Source: Chrysochromulina tobinii (Eukaryota). Taken from it: a DNA stretch of 46,698 nt. The stretch is from the NCBI GenBank assembly GCA_001275005.1, contig JWZX01003327.1:1-46698 (forward strand), written 5' to 3'. The notes under the pieces were generated by a model, which did not search any database, had not been told where the DNA came from, and saw only the letters and a list, made by a program, of their open reading frames with translations. The translations under genes and the position numbers were made by a program. The stretch's first letter is position 1. Every line of letters begins with the position of its first letter. Positions 22,773 to 34,143 of the stretch are shown piece by piece.

Positions 22773-24373
22773 TCAGTCAAACCCCGGCCCGAAGCAGCCG
22801 GAGCCTGCACCGGCGCCCATGGCAACGCGCTCATTCTCCGTCATCTTGGAGCGTGGCTTCTCGTCACGGAGCCACTTGTGCCTCTTCTTGGCCTTGGCGT
22901 CTGCGGGAGAGTACTTGCGCTTGTGCTCGGCACCGTGCTGGGCGCCGGGAAGCGTCGGGCCCGCGGCGGCCGCAAGCTCGCCGTCGGACGGCGCCGTCGC
23001 GGGCGGCGGCGGCGGCAGCACGCCTTCGAGACGGTATGTGCGCGAGGAGGCGCCGAACGTGAGCAGCGAGCCCTGCTTGAGCAACACGGCCTCGAAGGGG
23101 CGAAGCCGTGTGCCGTTCACGGCGGTGCAATGGCTCGATTTGAGATCGATTAGGTAGAGCCCGCCGTTGGTGTGGTGCACGAGCGCCGCATGCTGGCGTG
23201 AGATGGACGGGTGATCGAGCTGGAAGTCGCACGTGAGCGAGCGCCCGAACGTGTACATCGGGTGCTCGCCCACTGGGAGCACCTGCAGCAGTCATCAGCA
23301 ATCATCGGCAGTCATCGGCAGTCATCATAATTCATCAGCATTCATCAGCATTCATCAGCAGTCATCAGTGGGCATGGGAGCACCTCGAGCTCCTCGCCGC
23401 CCTTGGACACCACAAGCGACGCGTCCTTCCCGAGGGAGGGCGGAGCAGACCAGCTCGGAGGGAGCTCGAAGTCGCCCTCGTCAATGGGCTTCGGTTTCGG
23501 CAACGGGACGTACACGCCAGTACGCTCGCCGCTGAGCTCCTTTTGGAACTCGAGCAGGCAGCGCCAGAAGCCTTCATTCGGTTGGATGATCGGGCGCGCC
23601 GCAGCGACATGCTCGCGAGCCCGCTGCGCACTCCACCCCTCCTGACGCATGAGGTACGCGATGCAGAGCGACGCAGAGCGTGAGACGCCTCGCGAGCAGT
23701 GGACGAAGACGGCGGTCTGCGCGGCTCGCGCGGCCTCGATGATGTCGAAGGCGGTGCCAAAGTGCGCCTTGATGTCCGCCTCCTCCACGTCGCGCACGTC
23801 GCACCATGTGTGCCGCACGCCCGACTCGGACACGCTCGCCTTCAGGCTAGACGGCAACTCGGCGAGCGCGGTGAGGGCGTGCTGGATGTTGAGCTGCTCG
23901 CGCAGACGCGGGAGCGCGGCCGCGTCGGTGAGATCGCCGAGGTAGAGCAGCCCCGGGAGCACGCACGACGGGCACAGCGGCCGCTTGGCTGCCTTGGACG
24001 ACGACTGCTTGGCACACATGAACGGGAAGGCGGACTCGAACGCCGAGAAAGGCTCACTAAGCAGCAAGAGTTCGCGGCAGCCGCCTCCGCGAAGCAGCGC
24101 GAGCGCGACTGCGTGGTCTCCACTCGCCGGCTCGGCATCTATGAGGCAGATGTCACGGCCCATCCATGAACGATCCGAGGCTCCGACCACCTCCACCTCG
24201 CCCTCTGAAGTGAGCTCCACGCGATGCGAGCCCCGGATGATGCGCTGCTTGCTGCTACCGCTCTCACGCAGGTCCAAACACACTGGGGAGCCACCAGAGG
24301 GCCAGTTGGACTGGTGCTGCAGCAGGTTGAAGAGCTCGAGAGAGGTGACTAGGCGAGGAGGGCGGTCGGTCAT
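22773..24373 (-). CDS. Rhodanese-like + dual-specificity phosphatase + FHA domain protein; exons 24373-23384, 23282-22773
   Basis: CLDLRE...IRGSHRV (rhodanese-like), DVEEADI and VHCSRGVSRS...IQPNEGF (DSP), YTFGRS...HPSISRQHA...DLKSSHCT.VNG (FHA). Phase-0 intron 23283-23383; 499 aa. Confidence 0.85.
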
Positions 24374-24748
24374 GAAGTTGAAGTGGAAGTGGCGAGAGAG
24401 GGTGTCGGTGTGCTGTGAATTCAAGAGCTCGGTCTTTTGAAGTACTATTGTAGGAGTGAGCTCTGCTACGCCGACCGGCGGAACGCCTGGGCGCCGGAAC
24501 ATTATTCCCCGCGCGTACTGTACCTGGTACGTGTATCCACCGCAAACAAGCACCGCGGCGCAAGCGCGCCAACGTGAGCGTGCCGGTTCGGCGTGCGCCA
24601 GGGAGCTGAGTCCGAAACATCAAACCGATCCATCTCGCCACACCCGACCAGACGCTACAAGCACGCCGCGTGCGGCGGCGGCGCCCGTCGAATCGTGGGG
24701 CACCCAGATTCGGATGCTCATGTGCTGGCGGTGTCGGCCATCTCAACA

Positions 24749-25382
24749 TCACGGCGTTGTCGCTGCACGACCCTTTTCCACGCGATCGGCGTTGCCGTGG
24801 TCAGAATTCGGTGCAGCGTCCTCCTCCGCGTGCAAACCCTCGTCGACGCCCTCAGCGCCGCTGCCATCAAAGAGACCAGCGACCTGAGGCCTGCGGCGCT
24901 GGGACTCCAAGCGCAATAGGTACTCCTTTGCCCACTGGACACTTTTCGCAACGTCAGCCTCTGGCGCTCCTGCGGCCTTTAGCACGCGACCGAGGATCTC
25001 CTCGCTGCGTTGCCCAGAGACGTCGAACTCGCTCCGGTGGCCGTCAGCGAGCTCGACAATAACCGCAAGCACCCTTTTTGTCCTCCTCAGCCCATCGCTG
25101 CACAATGGACGCATCGGGGTTTTGCCATCGCAGCGCTGGCATGAGCTTGTTGAATTTGCGCGCGCCCGCCAACCCAACGCCTTCTGAAGCGTGCAGAATC
25201 TTCAGTGAGGTCAGTGAAGCCAATCGCAGCGGTGCCGCCTCGAGCGGCTCACGCAGCTTTCCCCATCCAAGGTCAACGTCTTTGACCTTCGCGAGCTTGC
25301 CCCCCGCGCGCTTGCTCGCAAATCCACGCGTTGCTGCACCCCCCCGCAGCGGCCCAGCAGCGGATGTTGCCCGCGCGAGCAT
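24749..25382 (-). CDS. Mitochondrial L51/S25/CI-B8-domain protein with apparent +1 frameshift near 25075
   Basis: Presequence-like MLARATSAAGPLRGGAATRGFAS. GARKF..LMPALRWQNP lies in one frame, and the domain continues as VIVELADG...FDVSGQRSEEIL in the +1 frame. Confidence 0.65.
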
Positions 25383-25624
25383 CGACCTGTCTTTTCCTCG
25401 TGCCGTGCCTGCCGCGAGTTCGAGCGTCCTCCTGGGCGCTCGATTTCGACGCACCCCTCAACACGACGTTGCTTTTCTCCGACACATCGTCTTCTTTTCG
25501 CTCTCCGCTTTCCACAGCTCCACAAGTAGCTTCTCCGAAGTCGGCCACTCAAAAACTTGCAAACTCGCGACGCGCGCGCGCGCGCACTCACACGCAGACT
25601 GGCCGAAGATACTCCGCGTCGGCC

Positions 25625-26686
25625 ATGGGATTGTGCGGAGGCGGCATCAGCGCGACCATCGATCCGGCAGTCACGCTCCGAAACACTCACTGCCTGAAGA
25701 AGATACGCGAGGATTGTGAGAAGGCTCACAATAAGAAGAAGCTGCTTCTGCTCGGCGCGGGAGAGTCGGGCAAGTCGACCGTCTTCAAGCAGATGCGCAT
25801 CATCAACGCCTCGGGATACTCGAGTGGCGAGTTGCGCCAGTTCCGCTGGATCATCCATCGCAACATGATCGACGGCATGCGAACCCTCGTTGAGGCGGCA
25901 CAAGAGCGGGAACTTGAGCTCACCGAGAGCAACGAGGACGTAGCCGACGCCATGCTTCTCTATCAGGGTGAGAACGTCAACCCCGAGATGGGCGAGTCTT
26001 TCGCGTCCCTTTGGGCAGACCCAGCCATCCAGCAATCCTTTGCTCGCCGCGCCGAGTTCCAGCTGGGCGACGGCGTCCAGTACTTTTTCAACAACCTGCC
26101 CCGGGTCGCCGCCATCGAGTACCTCCCCACTGTCGAAGACATCCTGCACGCGCGTGTTCGCACGAGCGGTGTCGTGAGTCGCGACTTCGTGATCAACAAC
26201 CAAGCCTTTCAGATGTATGACGTCGGTGGGCAGCGCAGCGAGAGGCGCAACTGGCTGCCACTCTTCGACAATGTCACTGCAATCGTCTTCGTGGCAGCCA
26301 TCAGCGAGTACAATCAGGTGGTCGCCGAGGATCGCTCCAAGAATCGCATGCAGGAGGCCCTGGAGCTATTCGAGCAGATTGCCAATAGCAAGCACTTTGA
26401 GGGCATCGATATCATCTTGTTCCTCAACAAGAAAGACCTTTTTGAGCAAAAGATCCGGACCGTTGACCCGGTTACCTGGTTTCCGGACTACAAAGGTGGA
26501 TGCGACTTCATCAAGGCAGAGGCGTACTTCAAAGCGCAGTTTGAGAAGCGTATCAACGACAAAAAGAAAATGCTCTACACCTACACGACCTGCGCGACTG
26601 ACACATCGAGCATGCAGGTTGTGTTCACTGCAGTCGAAAGCATGTTCCTCACGCAGGCCTTCGACTCGGTCATGCTCGGGGCGTAG
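25625..26686 (+). CDS. Heterotrimeric G-protein alpha subunit
   Basis: MGLC acylation start, GAGESGKS, RVRTSG, DVGGQ, NKKD and TCATDT; 353 aa, intronless. Confidence 0.95.
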   Translation: MGLCGGGISATIDPAVTLRNTHCLKKIREDCEKAHNKKKLLLLGAGESGKSTVFKQMRIINASGYSSGELRQFRWIIHRNMIDGMRTLVEAAQERELELTESNEDVADAMLLYQGENVNPEMGESFASLWADPAIQQSFARRAEFQLGDGVQYFFNNLPRVAAIEYLPTVEDILHARVRTSGVVSRDFVINNQAFQMYDVGGQRSERRNWLPLFDNVTAIVFVAAISEYNQVVAEDRSKNRMQEALELFEQIANSKHFEGIDIILFLNKKDLFEQKIRTVDPVTWFPDYKGGCDFIKAEAYFKAQFEKRINDKKKMLYTYTTCATDTSSMQVVFTAVESMFLTQAFDSVMLGA

Positions 26687-27523
26687 TACAAGTAGCTAGT
26701 ACGGTGAGTTGCACTCACTCAGAACTTGTGCGAACGAGCGAGACGCGCGAGACGCGCTGCGGAATAGCTGCGGGACGCACCGATCTATTTCGTACCGCGT
26801 GCGAGGAGCAGAATGGTTGCGGTTCCTGTTGAAAAATATGGTGATGTGATGTCGTTGTGTCGTTGATGATGCTGTTGCTGATGTGGCGTGGTCGTTGTTT
26901 CGTTGACGCTGGGTCGAGCGAGACTTTGAGATTTTGAGTTCTGTTCTTCGGTATTTACGCAAAAAATGCCGCTATGCCTCTGGACCCCAACACGCAACAG
27001 TTACATGTAGAGCCGTTCAACACAAATCCACTCTAAATCCACTCTAAATCCACTCCGGTCCTTCACCACGTCTCGCACCGCTTTTCCCCTTGCATCTCGC
27101 ATGCAGAATTGCAGTTATACGTCCAGGTTGAGCTTCATGGTCAGTGACCGTATTGAAAAGGATGAAAACGCCTAAACGCCTTGTAAGGCAGCGTCCAATT
27201 AGGAGATGACTTGACAGAACCCACAGCCTTGCCCACAGCAGTGATCCAGTGATCCACACATGTTCACCGTGTGTGCTCATGTAACCGTGTGTGCTCATGT
27301 AAGCTTCTATTTGTACACTAAACACTATTAGTTATAACTCAGCTTCTATTAGTGTACGAATTGCTAGGTTGTGAGGTTCGTCAGTGTGATCTGTGTGTCA
27401 GTCCCGTGTGTGTCCCGGCGCCCCCCTGTGTTTTTCAACCGGATCCGTTTCGTTCAAACTTTGTGTAACGCTTTGTCGACCTTTGCGGTACAGCATAAAG
27501 TTCGAAGGAAGCAGAACGGCACG

Positions 27524-28675
27524 ATGCAACGCATCATTTCGCTGCTGCTGTTGCTCGAGATGGCTATCGCATTCGACGAAACCATCAACGAGGCGAAATC
27601 GAACTGCACAGACGTTTTGTTTAGATTCACTTGCCGCAGTCGCTTGGCTGCGGGAAAGTGTGACCACAAAGGTTGCGACCTCACGTGTGGCAAATGCAAC
27701 GTGCCGGATGGCTGGCACAAGACGCGGGCCCGCTGGTTCCCGGGAAAGGAGTACCATCGGCTTGTGGCTACAGGTGATTGGTGGCTGAGCCTTACTCACG
27801 CCGAGGGAGCGTACGCCACCGTCGTTGTGCCCACCATCTGCAAACGCCTCGAGCGGCTCAAGGTTCTAGTCTTGCGGCTGAGCACTGAGATGCAATGCGT
27901 CGGGGAGGTGATGATTGTTGCACATGCCCCATGCAGCGAGCGTGTGACGGAGATGCTTCGGGGAGTGAATCAGACATTGCTCAGAAGCAAGAAAGTGATT
28001 CAGACTGTGATGGACATGGGTGGCTGGGACCCAATGTACGGGCCCGGCGCGCGCTTCCTTGCCGCGCGCAGCGCTCGTGGCACTACGCTCGTGCACCTCG
28101 ACGACGACGAGCTCCCATGCGAGCGACAGGTATGCGGCGTCGCAGCTGCGGCGGCCAAAGAGCCCATCGGTATCTATGGCCACCATAAGCGCAACTGCAA
28201 TCCGCTTAAGGGCTACCAAACGTCAGGGGATCCGCGACGGTTGAGATCCAACAAGCCGTTCAACGTGCTGCTTACGCTGTTTGCGGCGACGTCTCGAGCG
28301 TATAACGACATCTTCGTGCGCCACTTTGATCGCTACGCGAAGGCTCTAGCGAGCGTCAAAGGTAACGGCGAGGACATTGCCTACAGCCACTTCTTACTCA
28401 AGCATTTCAACAAGACGCCCTCGTATGTTGAGAGGGCGCCGTGCTACACGTACGCTGTCAACAATACGGTGGTAGAGACCTATGCCAAAGGCTTCTCACA
28501 CATGAATGACGAGACCGGCATCTCGTCGAACCTGTTTTCACACTACACCGCGCGCCGTATCATCTGTCGCCGTCTGTGGAACGACACACGGTGGGAGTGG
28601 CGGATCAAGGGTCGCAAAGAAAAGGACCCGGTGCTGGTGCCACGTAACATCAAGACCCGCCTCTGGACGATTTGA
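27524..28675 (+). CDS. Secreted/lumenal glycosyltransferase, GT64 (exostosin C-terminal)-like, with N-terminal ShK-like Cys domain
   Basis: Signal peptide MQRIISLLLLLEMAIA, six-Cys module ending CDLTCGKC, DxD motif in LVHLDDDE, and NGEDIA resembling the GT64 NCEDI motif. Confidence 0.7.
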   Translation: MQRIISLLLLLEMAIAFDETINEAKSNCTDVLFRFTCRSRLAAGKCDHKGCDLTCGKCNVPDGWHKTRARWFPGKEYHRLVATGDWWLSLTHAEGAYATVVVPTICKRLERLKVLVLRLSTEMQCVGEVMIVAHAPCSERVTEMLRGVNQTLLRSKKVIQTVMDMGGWDPMYGPGARFLAARSARGTTLVHLDDDELPCERQVCGVAAAAAKEPIGIYGHHKRNCNPLKGYQTSGDPRRLRSNKPFNVLLTLFAATSRAYNDIFVRHFDRYAKALASVKGNGEDIAYSHFLLKHFNKTPSYVERAPCYTYAVNNTVVETYAKGFSHMNDETGISSNLFSHYTARRIICRRLWNDTRWEWRIKGRKEKDPVLVPRNIKTRLWTI

Positions 28676-29261
28676 TTGTACATATGCGTAAAAGTGTTTC
28701 TGAGCGTTCTAAGAACTTCCCGCCCGGGTGCGGTGGCGGACCCCCCCGCGACCCGCGCGCGCCGCGGTCAACACCGCCCGGACCCCCCCCCCGGGGACAC
28801 GGGCGGACTGACCCCGCGGTCTGACCCGCCCGCGCGCCCGCGCGACCCCGGCCCTTTTAGTTCCCTATAGTAGCGTTGGGGGCGAGCGGGTCCCTACCTA
28901 CCCCTGTCGGATCACCAAAAATTCACTCAGGATACTGTATCCTGCCGGACGGTGCAGAGATACATTGTACATCAAAATACGTCAGGCAAGATTAACAAGA
29001 TAACAGGCACGTCAGGCGTCAACGCGTCATGTGGCGCTTACCAATTATGGGTTTCTGGCGCAGGATACGATAGGAAACCCATCTAAAATCGAAGAAAACA
29101 CTCCACCTCTCCCTGAGCTGAATCCCAGGAGTGCAGCCGAAGGTCGATTCCCAAATCAGCTGCGAATAAAAGACCTCAAAAAGGAAAGTGACGCGAGGAC
29201 TCCAGAAAACTCCACAAAGAACAACTCTTTGGCGTCCAGAAGGCTGTGCGACACTTCCGAC

Positions 29262-31061
29262 ATGACGCGTATCAACCACGAAGAGGGCGACGCGGAGACG
29301 GCCGATGTCGCGAATCTGGGCGAGGCAGTGGGCACCCTTTCTCTCTCGCCGGCCGCCTCGGAGCCAGCCACGATAGATCCGAGCGATGAGAGCTTCTCCC
29401 GCGGCTCGGAGACCTCGAGTGGTCCAACGATCCGCCTCTTCATCGGTGACCTTCACCGGAGCACTACTGAGGTGAGTCGGCGCTTGCACGTCGAAGCCTT
29501 GTCGAACAATGCGCTCCTCTGGCGTTCGTATGACCTTGCTGAGGCGCCGTGCTACCCTATACCGCCAAACATAGGCTGCACCACTGTTTGAGCGTGACGC
29601 ATGATCCCCCCTTGCCCTTCGCAGGCGAGCCTGCGCAAGTATTTCGAGCAGTACGGGAGTGTTGAGCGCGCGACGGTCAAGCACCCAAATGCGCGCCCAT
29701 GGCAGCGCCACGAGCCTCAAAACCATACCGCGCAGCGTAGCTTTGGCTTCATCACGGTCTTCAGCGACGAGCTTGCGAAGAAGCTCACGTCGATGACGCA
29801 TATTATCGATGGGCATCACGTGGGGACGCCTGAGCTGGCGAAGCCGGCGCGCAACGACCGCGAGAAGGCTCGTCGAGGCGAGGGAGCCGAGGGAGCTCTC
29901 AATGCCAACGCCATCCACGCGTCCGCTGGATGGGCACTCGGTCCGAATAGCACTTGGGAGCCTACGGCGACGCGCAAGATCTTCGTGGGGGGGCTCTCGC
30001 ACCAGATGAAGGATCAGTCGCTCATGAGCTACTTTTCGCAGTTCGGCACCGTCGCCGACGTCGTCGTGATGACCGAGGGCTCGTCCCGTCGGCCACGTGG
30101 CTTCGGTTTCGTCACCTTCGAGGACCCGAAGGTCGTGATGGCCGTGACTCGAACGCGCTACCACCCTATCGAAGGCCGGCTCGTCGAGGTGAAGCCTGCG
30201 GTGCCGCGCGAGATCATGAGCCTCACGCAGGGCCAGAACCCAGCTGTCGTAGGAGCCGGCGACAACGACTTCGCGACCCCGACGGGTGACGCGATGGCCT
30301 GTGGCCTAGTCGTGCCTGACTCCACGCCCGGCTCGCCCACGATGGCCATCCCGGGCCAGGAGTGGTATTCGAACGGGTACGGGTACGGGTACCAACAAAA
30401 CTACGCGGCCCCGAACCAGATGATGATCGGCGGCGGCATGCCCGACATGACGATGACAACGGGCGTCCCGGTCTACAACGGTTACGCTCCGGGATTCGCG
30501 CCCCAGATGATGGTTCCGATGGGCATGATGATGCCGATGGCCAACGTCATGGGCACCGCGATGCCACCCGTAATGTCGCCCGCGATGCCGCCCTCGATGG
30601 TACCGAACCCGGTCGCAAAGAAGATGAATCAGATGGCCGCGCCGCCGCTGATGATGCCCTCGCCCCACAATATGATGCACGGCGGTGCGAACATGATCCA
30701 AGCTTCCCACATGGCCTATGGGGCTCTCGTGCCAACGCCCCATGCAGCTTCCCGCTTGCCTCCCTCGTCGGGCGGGCAGCCTGCGGGTGGCTGCATGTCG
30801 TTCAACGCGGCGGCGCCGATGCCCATGAGCACAGTGCACATGGGCCACATGCCAAATATGGGCCACATGCCAAACATGGTGATGCCCATGGGGACTTTCC
30901 CCACGATGCCCCCCCATGCGTGGTCTTCGGCAGGCACAGCGGCGGCGGCCTCGTACGCTGGACCCCCGCCCATGCCTGGTGCGGTGCCGGTCGACGCGAC
31001 GGCGACACTGAAGGCGCCGGAGGCACAGACGGCGTCGGCGACAGCGGACTCGTCCGCGTAG
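29262..31061 (+). CDS. Two-RRM RNA-binding protein (hnRNP A/Musashi/DAZAP1-like) with Met/Pro-rich tail; exons 29262-29471, 29625-31061
   Basis: RNP2/RNP1 pairs RLFIGDL / RSFGFITV and KIFVGGL / RGFGFVTF, then VEVKPAVPR. GT-AG intron 29472-29624. Confidence 0.9.
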
Positions 31062-31215
31062 GTCTCGTGTCGTAGTGTCCGCATAGGGCTTGGGGCAGCT
31101 TCCAACCGGGAATCGAACAGGGAGCTGGTACACAGGACGAAGAGGGAGGCAAGGGACGTGCGGAATCCCTCCGGCGGCAGGGGACGCACGGGGGCAACCC
31201 TACCAACGACGCGAT

Positions 31216-31429
31216 TGGGCAGTGGCGCAGCGTCGGGAGTTCGATCTGCATGCAAGTGCTCACCACGGCGTCGTTTCTCATGGGCAGTGGCGCAGCGTCG
31301 GGAGAATGCACTCGAGAGGGTGGATCTGCATGCAAGTGCTCACCACGGCGTCGGGAGAATGCACTCGAGAGGGTGGATCTGCATGCAAGTGCTCACCACG
31401 GCGTCGGGAGAATGCACTCGAGAGGGTGG
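31216..31429. repeat. 53-bp tandem repeat (about 2.5 units plus a partial) containing GCATGCAAGTGCTCACCAC
   Basis: Units start at 31295, 31348 and 31401. The core motif also occurs at 16014, 16090, 31248 and 31574. Confidence 0.9.
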
Positions 31430-32131
31430 GCGTGCGGTGGCGGCAAGTGGGGCAAAGGGCGGGGAGTGGGAGGCATTTGGCAGGAACGAGGCAGGCCACA
31501 GAGAGGCAGCAGCCAACAGCTGCGGGGGGCGGCATGGGGGCGGGCAGAGCAGGCAGGCCAACAGGACGCATCAGCATGCAAGTGCTCACCACAGCGCAGA
31601 TGCCTCCGGTTGGGTCGTGGGCGGCATGGGCAACAGTGACCTCGCCGTTCGTTAGGACCTCGTCGAGAGACTCTCCTAATAAAGGACAGGGCTCGCGGCC
31701 AGGGGCCTCGTAAAGGTCATCAGGATCCGCTGGGATCGCCCTAAGCGATCGCGCGCAGCGTCAAGAGGTACTGAGGTAGGCTCCCCCCTCTTGGGGGAGC
31801 AAGGTGCTCGTGGAATTGGCAGGCTCAGATGGAGAGCTCGATGTGCTGGCGGCTTCATTGGCGAACAAGGAAGTGATGAGTTAGTAATGAGATGTGGCAG
31901 GTAGATGGTGCGGCATGCTCGCTAGAGCCGCCGACGCGCGACGGATCTGACGGATTTGACGGGTCTCTCGACTCTCGACCGTGCGTGGTGCGGTGCCTCG
32001 AGTGCACATGGGTGCGAGACGCTGTATGCCTGTATCTCTGGGTTCGTGGATGGGGATGCTGGGAAGGTGCTGGTTATTGTGTTTTTTCCCTTCTGCGCCA
32101 TGTTTCAACGAGTGTGAAATGCCGGATCATG

Positions 32132-32316
32132 TTGAACGTGAACTCAGAGATACAATCTCCCTTCCGCGTCTTTGGTAGGTCTTCACGCGAAATCAGAGTG
32201 GTCTACTATTTTTCATGTTTATAAGGCCCCACCCCTACACCTGTTTGGGAATTGAATGATGAACGTGAACTCGGAGATACAATCTCCCTTCCGCGTCTTT
32301 GGTCTTCACGCGAAAT
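32132..32316. repeat. About 60-bp direct duplication upstream of hyi
   Basis: tgaacgtgaactc(a/g)gagatacaatctcccttccgcgtctttggt...cttcacgcgaaatc at about 32133 and about 32260. Confidence 0.9.
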
Positions 32317-32348
32317 CGCGAAAGCCTTCAACCTTCGCGCCTGCCGCA

Positions 32349-33155
32349 ATGAGAGGCCTTGCCGCAAACCTTTCTTTCTTCTTCAAGGACCGTCCGTTCA
32401 TAGAGCGATTTGCTGCCTCTCGCGCTGCGGGTTTCCGTGCGGTCGAGTTTATGTTTGCCGGCGATGGCAAGTACGCCTGTGACTCTGCCGATGTACGCAG
32501 AGCTCTGGAGGAAAATGAGCTCGAGCAGGCACTCTTGAACGCGCCTGCCGGCGACTGGCTGAATGGCGAGCGCGGTATCGGTGGCATAGCCGCACGAGAG
32601 ACCGATTGGAAGGCGAGCTTCGAGTATGGGCTCCGGTTTGCTCAGGACGTTCGCTGCTCCAAGATGCACATTATGGCAGGGCTGCGCTCACACGGAGCGA
32701 CCTAAGATGTGTACGTCGAGCGGCTTCGGTGGGCGAGCAGAATCGCCGCTGACGTGGGCGCGTGCATTTGCGTCGAGCCCTTGAACCCAACCGACTTTCC
32801 CGGATATCTCGTTCCTGACGTTTCTTCAGCGCTACGCATACTGGAAAGGGTTGACGCGCCAGGCCACTGCCAGTTGCAATTAGATCTGTACCATGTCGCG
32901 ATGGTTGAGGGCACTGACCTTACCAGCGTGATCCGAAGAGCGCTGCCTCACACTGCCCATGTCCAGATTGCCAACCCTCCTGGGCGAAACGAACCCGGCG
33001 TCGGGGTCATCGATTTCCCTCCGCTGCTCGCACAGCTCGGCGAGCTTGGCTACAGCGGTTGGGTTGGGTGCGAATACAAGCCCTCCACGCCGATTACCGA
33101 GCAGTCGCTCGAGTGGGCGCGAGCTGCTGGATGGTTGACCCCAGCAACGGCATGA
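32349..33155 (+). pseudogene. hyi: Hydroxypyruvate isomerase with in-frame TAA at 32703-32705 (pseudogene, base error or readthrough)
   Basis: AANLSFFF...RFAA...GF.AVE, HIMAG, then in the same frame after the stop: VEPLN, QLDLYH, HVQIANPPGRNEPG, GWVGCEY.P. Confidence 0.85.
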
Positions 33156-33488
33156 ACTTGAGCGACCCGAAGTAGACCGGGAGGCACACCACTCTTACGG
33201 GCGCCGGACGACCGGTGCACAGAAGCTTTTTGCGATTACGAGGGATACGCGACGGAAGATGCGTGTGCATATCATGTATGCATATACCACACCTCTTCAA
33301 CTAGGAAATAATCTCTGTTTGCGCTCGCGTGCGAGAAGACCACCTGCACCATGTCGCATGTGGGGGACTGTAAGCCCGCACGCATGGACCCATGGGGCCC
33401 ATCTCTCTGTGCGTGCGAAAGCCACGGGCCACGAGTGCTCCAGAGGCCAAGGGCGGGAGAACTCTTGCGGTGTCCTGCCGATTCTTCT

Positions 33489-33902
33489 TTAGATGGTCAG
33501 GCCGAGGTACACCAGCACGGCGGTCACCACGGCAACCGCCGCCGTGCCATAGATGAGTGGGCTGTCGTTGATTTGAGCGGTCACGCCGCCGGCCTTCTTC
33601 ACGAAGCGTCGGCGCGGGCCCGCGCACTGCGGGCACTTCCAGCGGGGGCGAAGCTCCTCGAACGGCCTGTCAGCGCTCGGCTCGTAGATGTAGCCGCAGT
33701 CAGCGCATACCCACTCGCCCGGCCAGTAGCCCTTCTCCTCCAGGAGCTCCTCGGTCGACTTCTTCTTCTTGCCGAACTGCATGACTGCGGGCTCGGCGCG
33801 GACGGCCGCGCGGGATAGCGTGCGCGCGCCCATCGGGGCGACGGCCGCACGAAGCGCCTCCGACGCAGTGCACGCCAGACACAGAAGGGCGACTCGAAGC
33901 AT
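33489..33902 (-). CDS. Plastid-targeted rubredoxin-like protein with C-terminal TM anchor
   Basis: Signal peptide plus Ala/Arg-rich transit peptide, WVCADCGYIY...WKCPQC, hydrophobic C-terminus. Confidence 0.85.
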   Translation of the reverse strand: MLRVALLCLACTASEALRAAVAPMGARTLSRAAVRAEPAVMQFGKKKKSTEELLEEKGYWPGEWVCADCGYIYEPSADRPFEELRPRWKCPQCAGPRRRFVKKAGGVTAQINDSPLIYGTAAVAVVTAVLVYLGLTI

Positions 33903-34143
33903 TTTTTGCACGGAGTATCTCCGAGCGGAGAGGTGTGTCTCGCGGGGTGCTTTCGCGAAACTTTCTTACGGTTTTAACGAAGTTTAGCCGCCATCCCCTA
34001 AACATTCTGCGTCTCGCACCGGCGACTACGCTCAAACAACCCACAGCAAGGGAAGGACGTCCCCGATAAGTGAGATGACTTCGCCAACTGTGAGTCGGGA
34101 TGATCATTGACAAAACTGATGACAAGACCTCGTCCCCTGTTCT

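Noticed and set aside
25052..25072. 21-nt GT..AG mini-intron fixing the L51/S25 frameshift
   Set aside because: Its length is a multiple of 3, so it cannot restore the frame, and it would remove a domain strand.
25331..25624. N-terminal extension of G-alpha
   Set aside because: It overlaps the divergent gene's start. MGLC at 25625 is the canonical acylated start.
31216..31429. CRISPR-like array
   Set aside because: The sequences between the cores are identical rather than unique spacers, there are no cas genes, and the context is eukaryotic. The same applies to 16211-16290 and 43555-43894.
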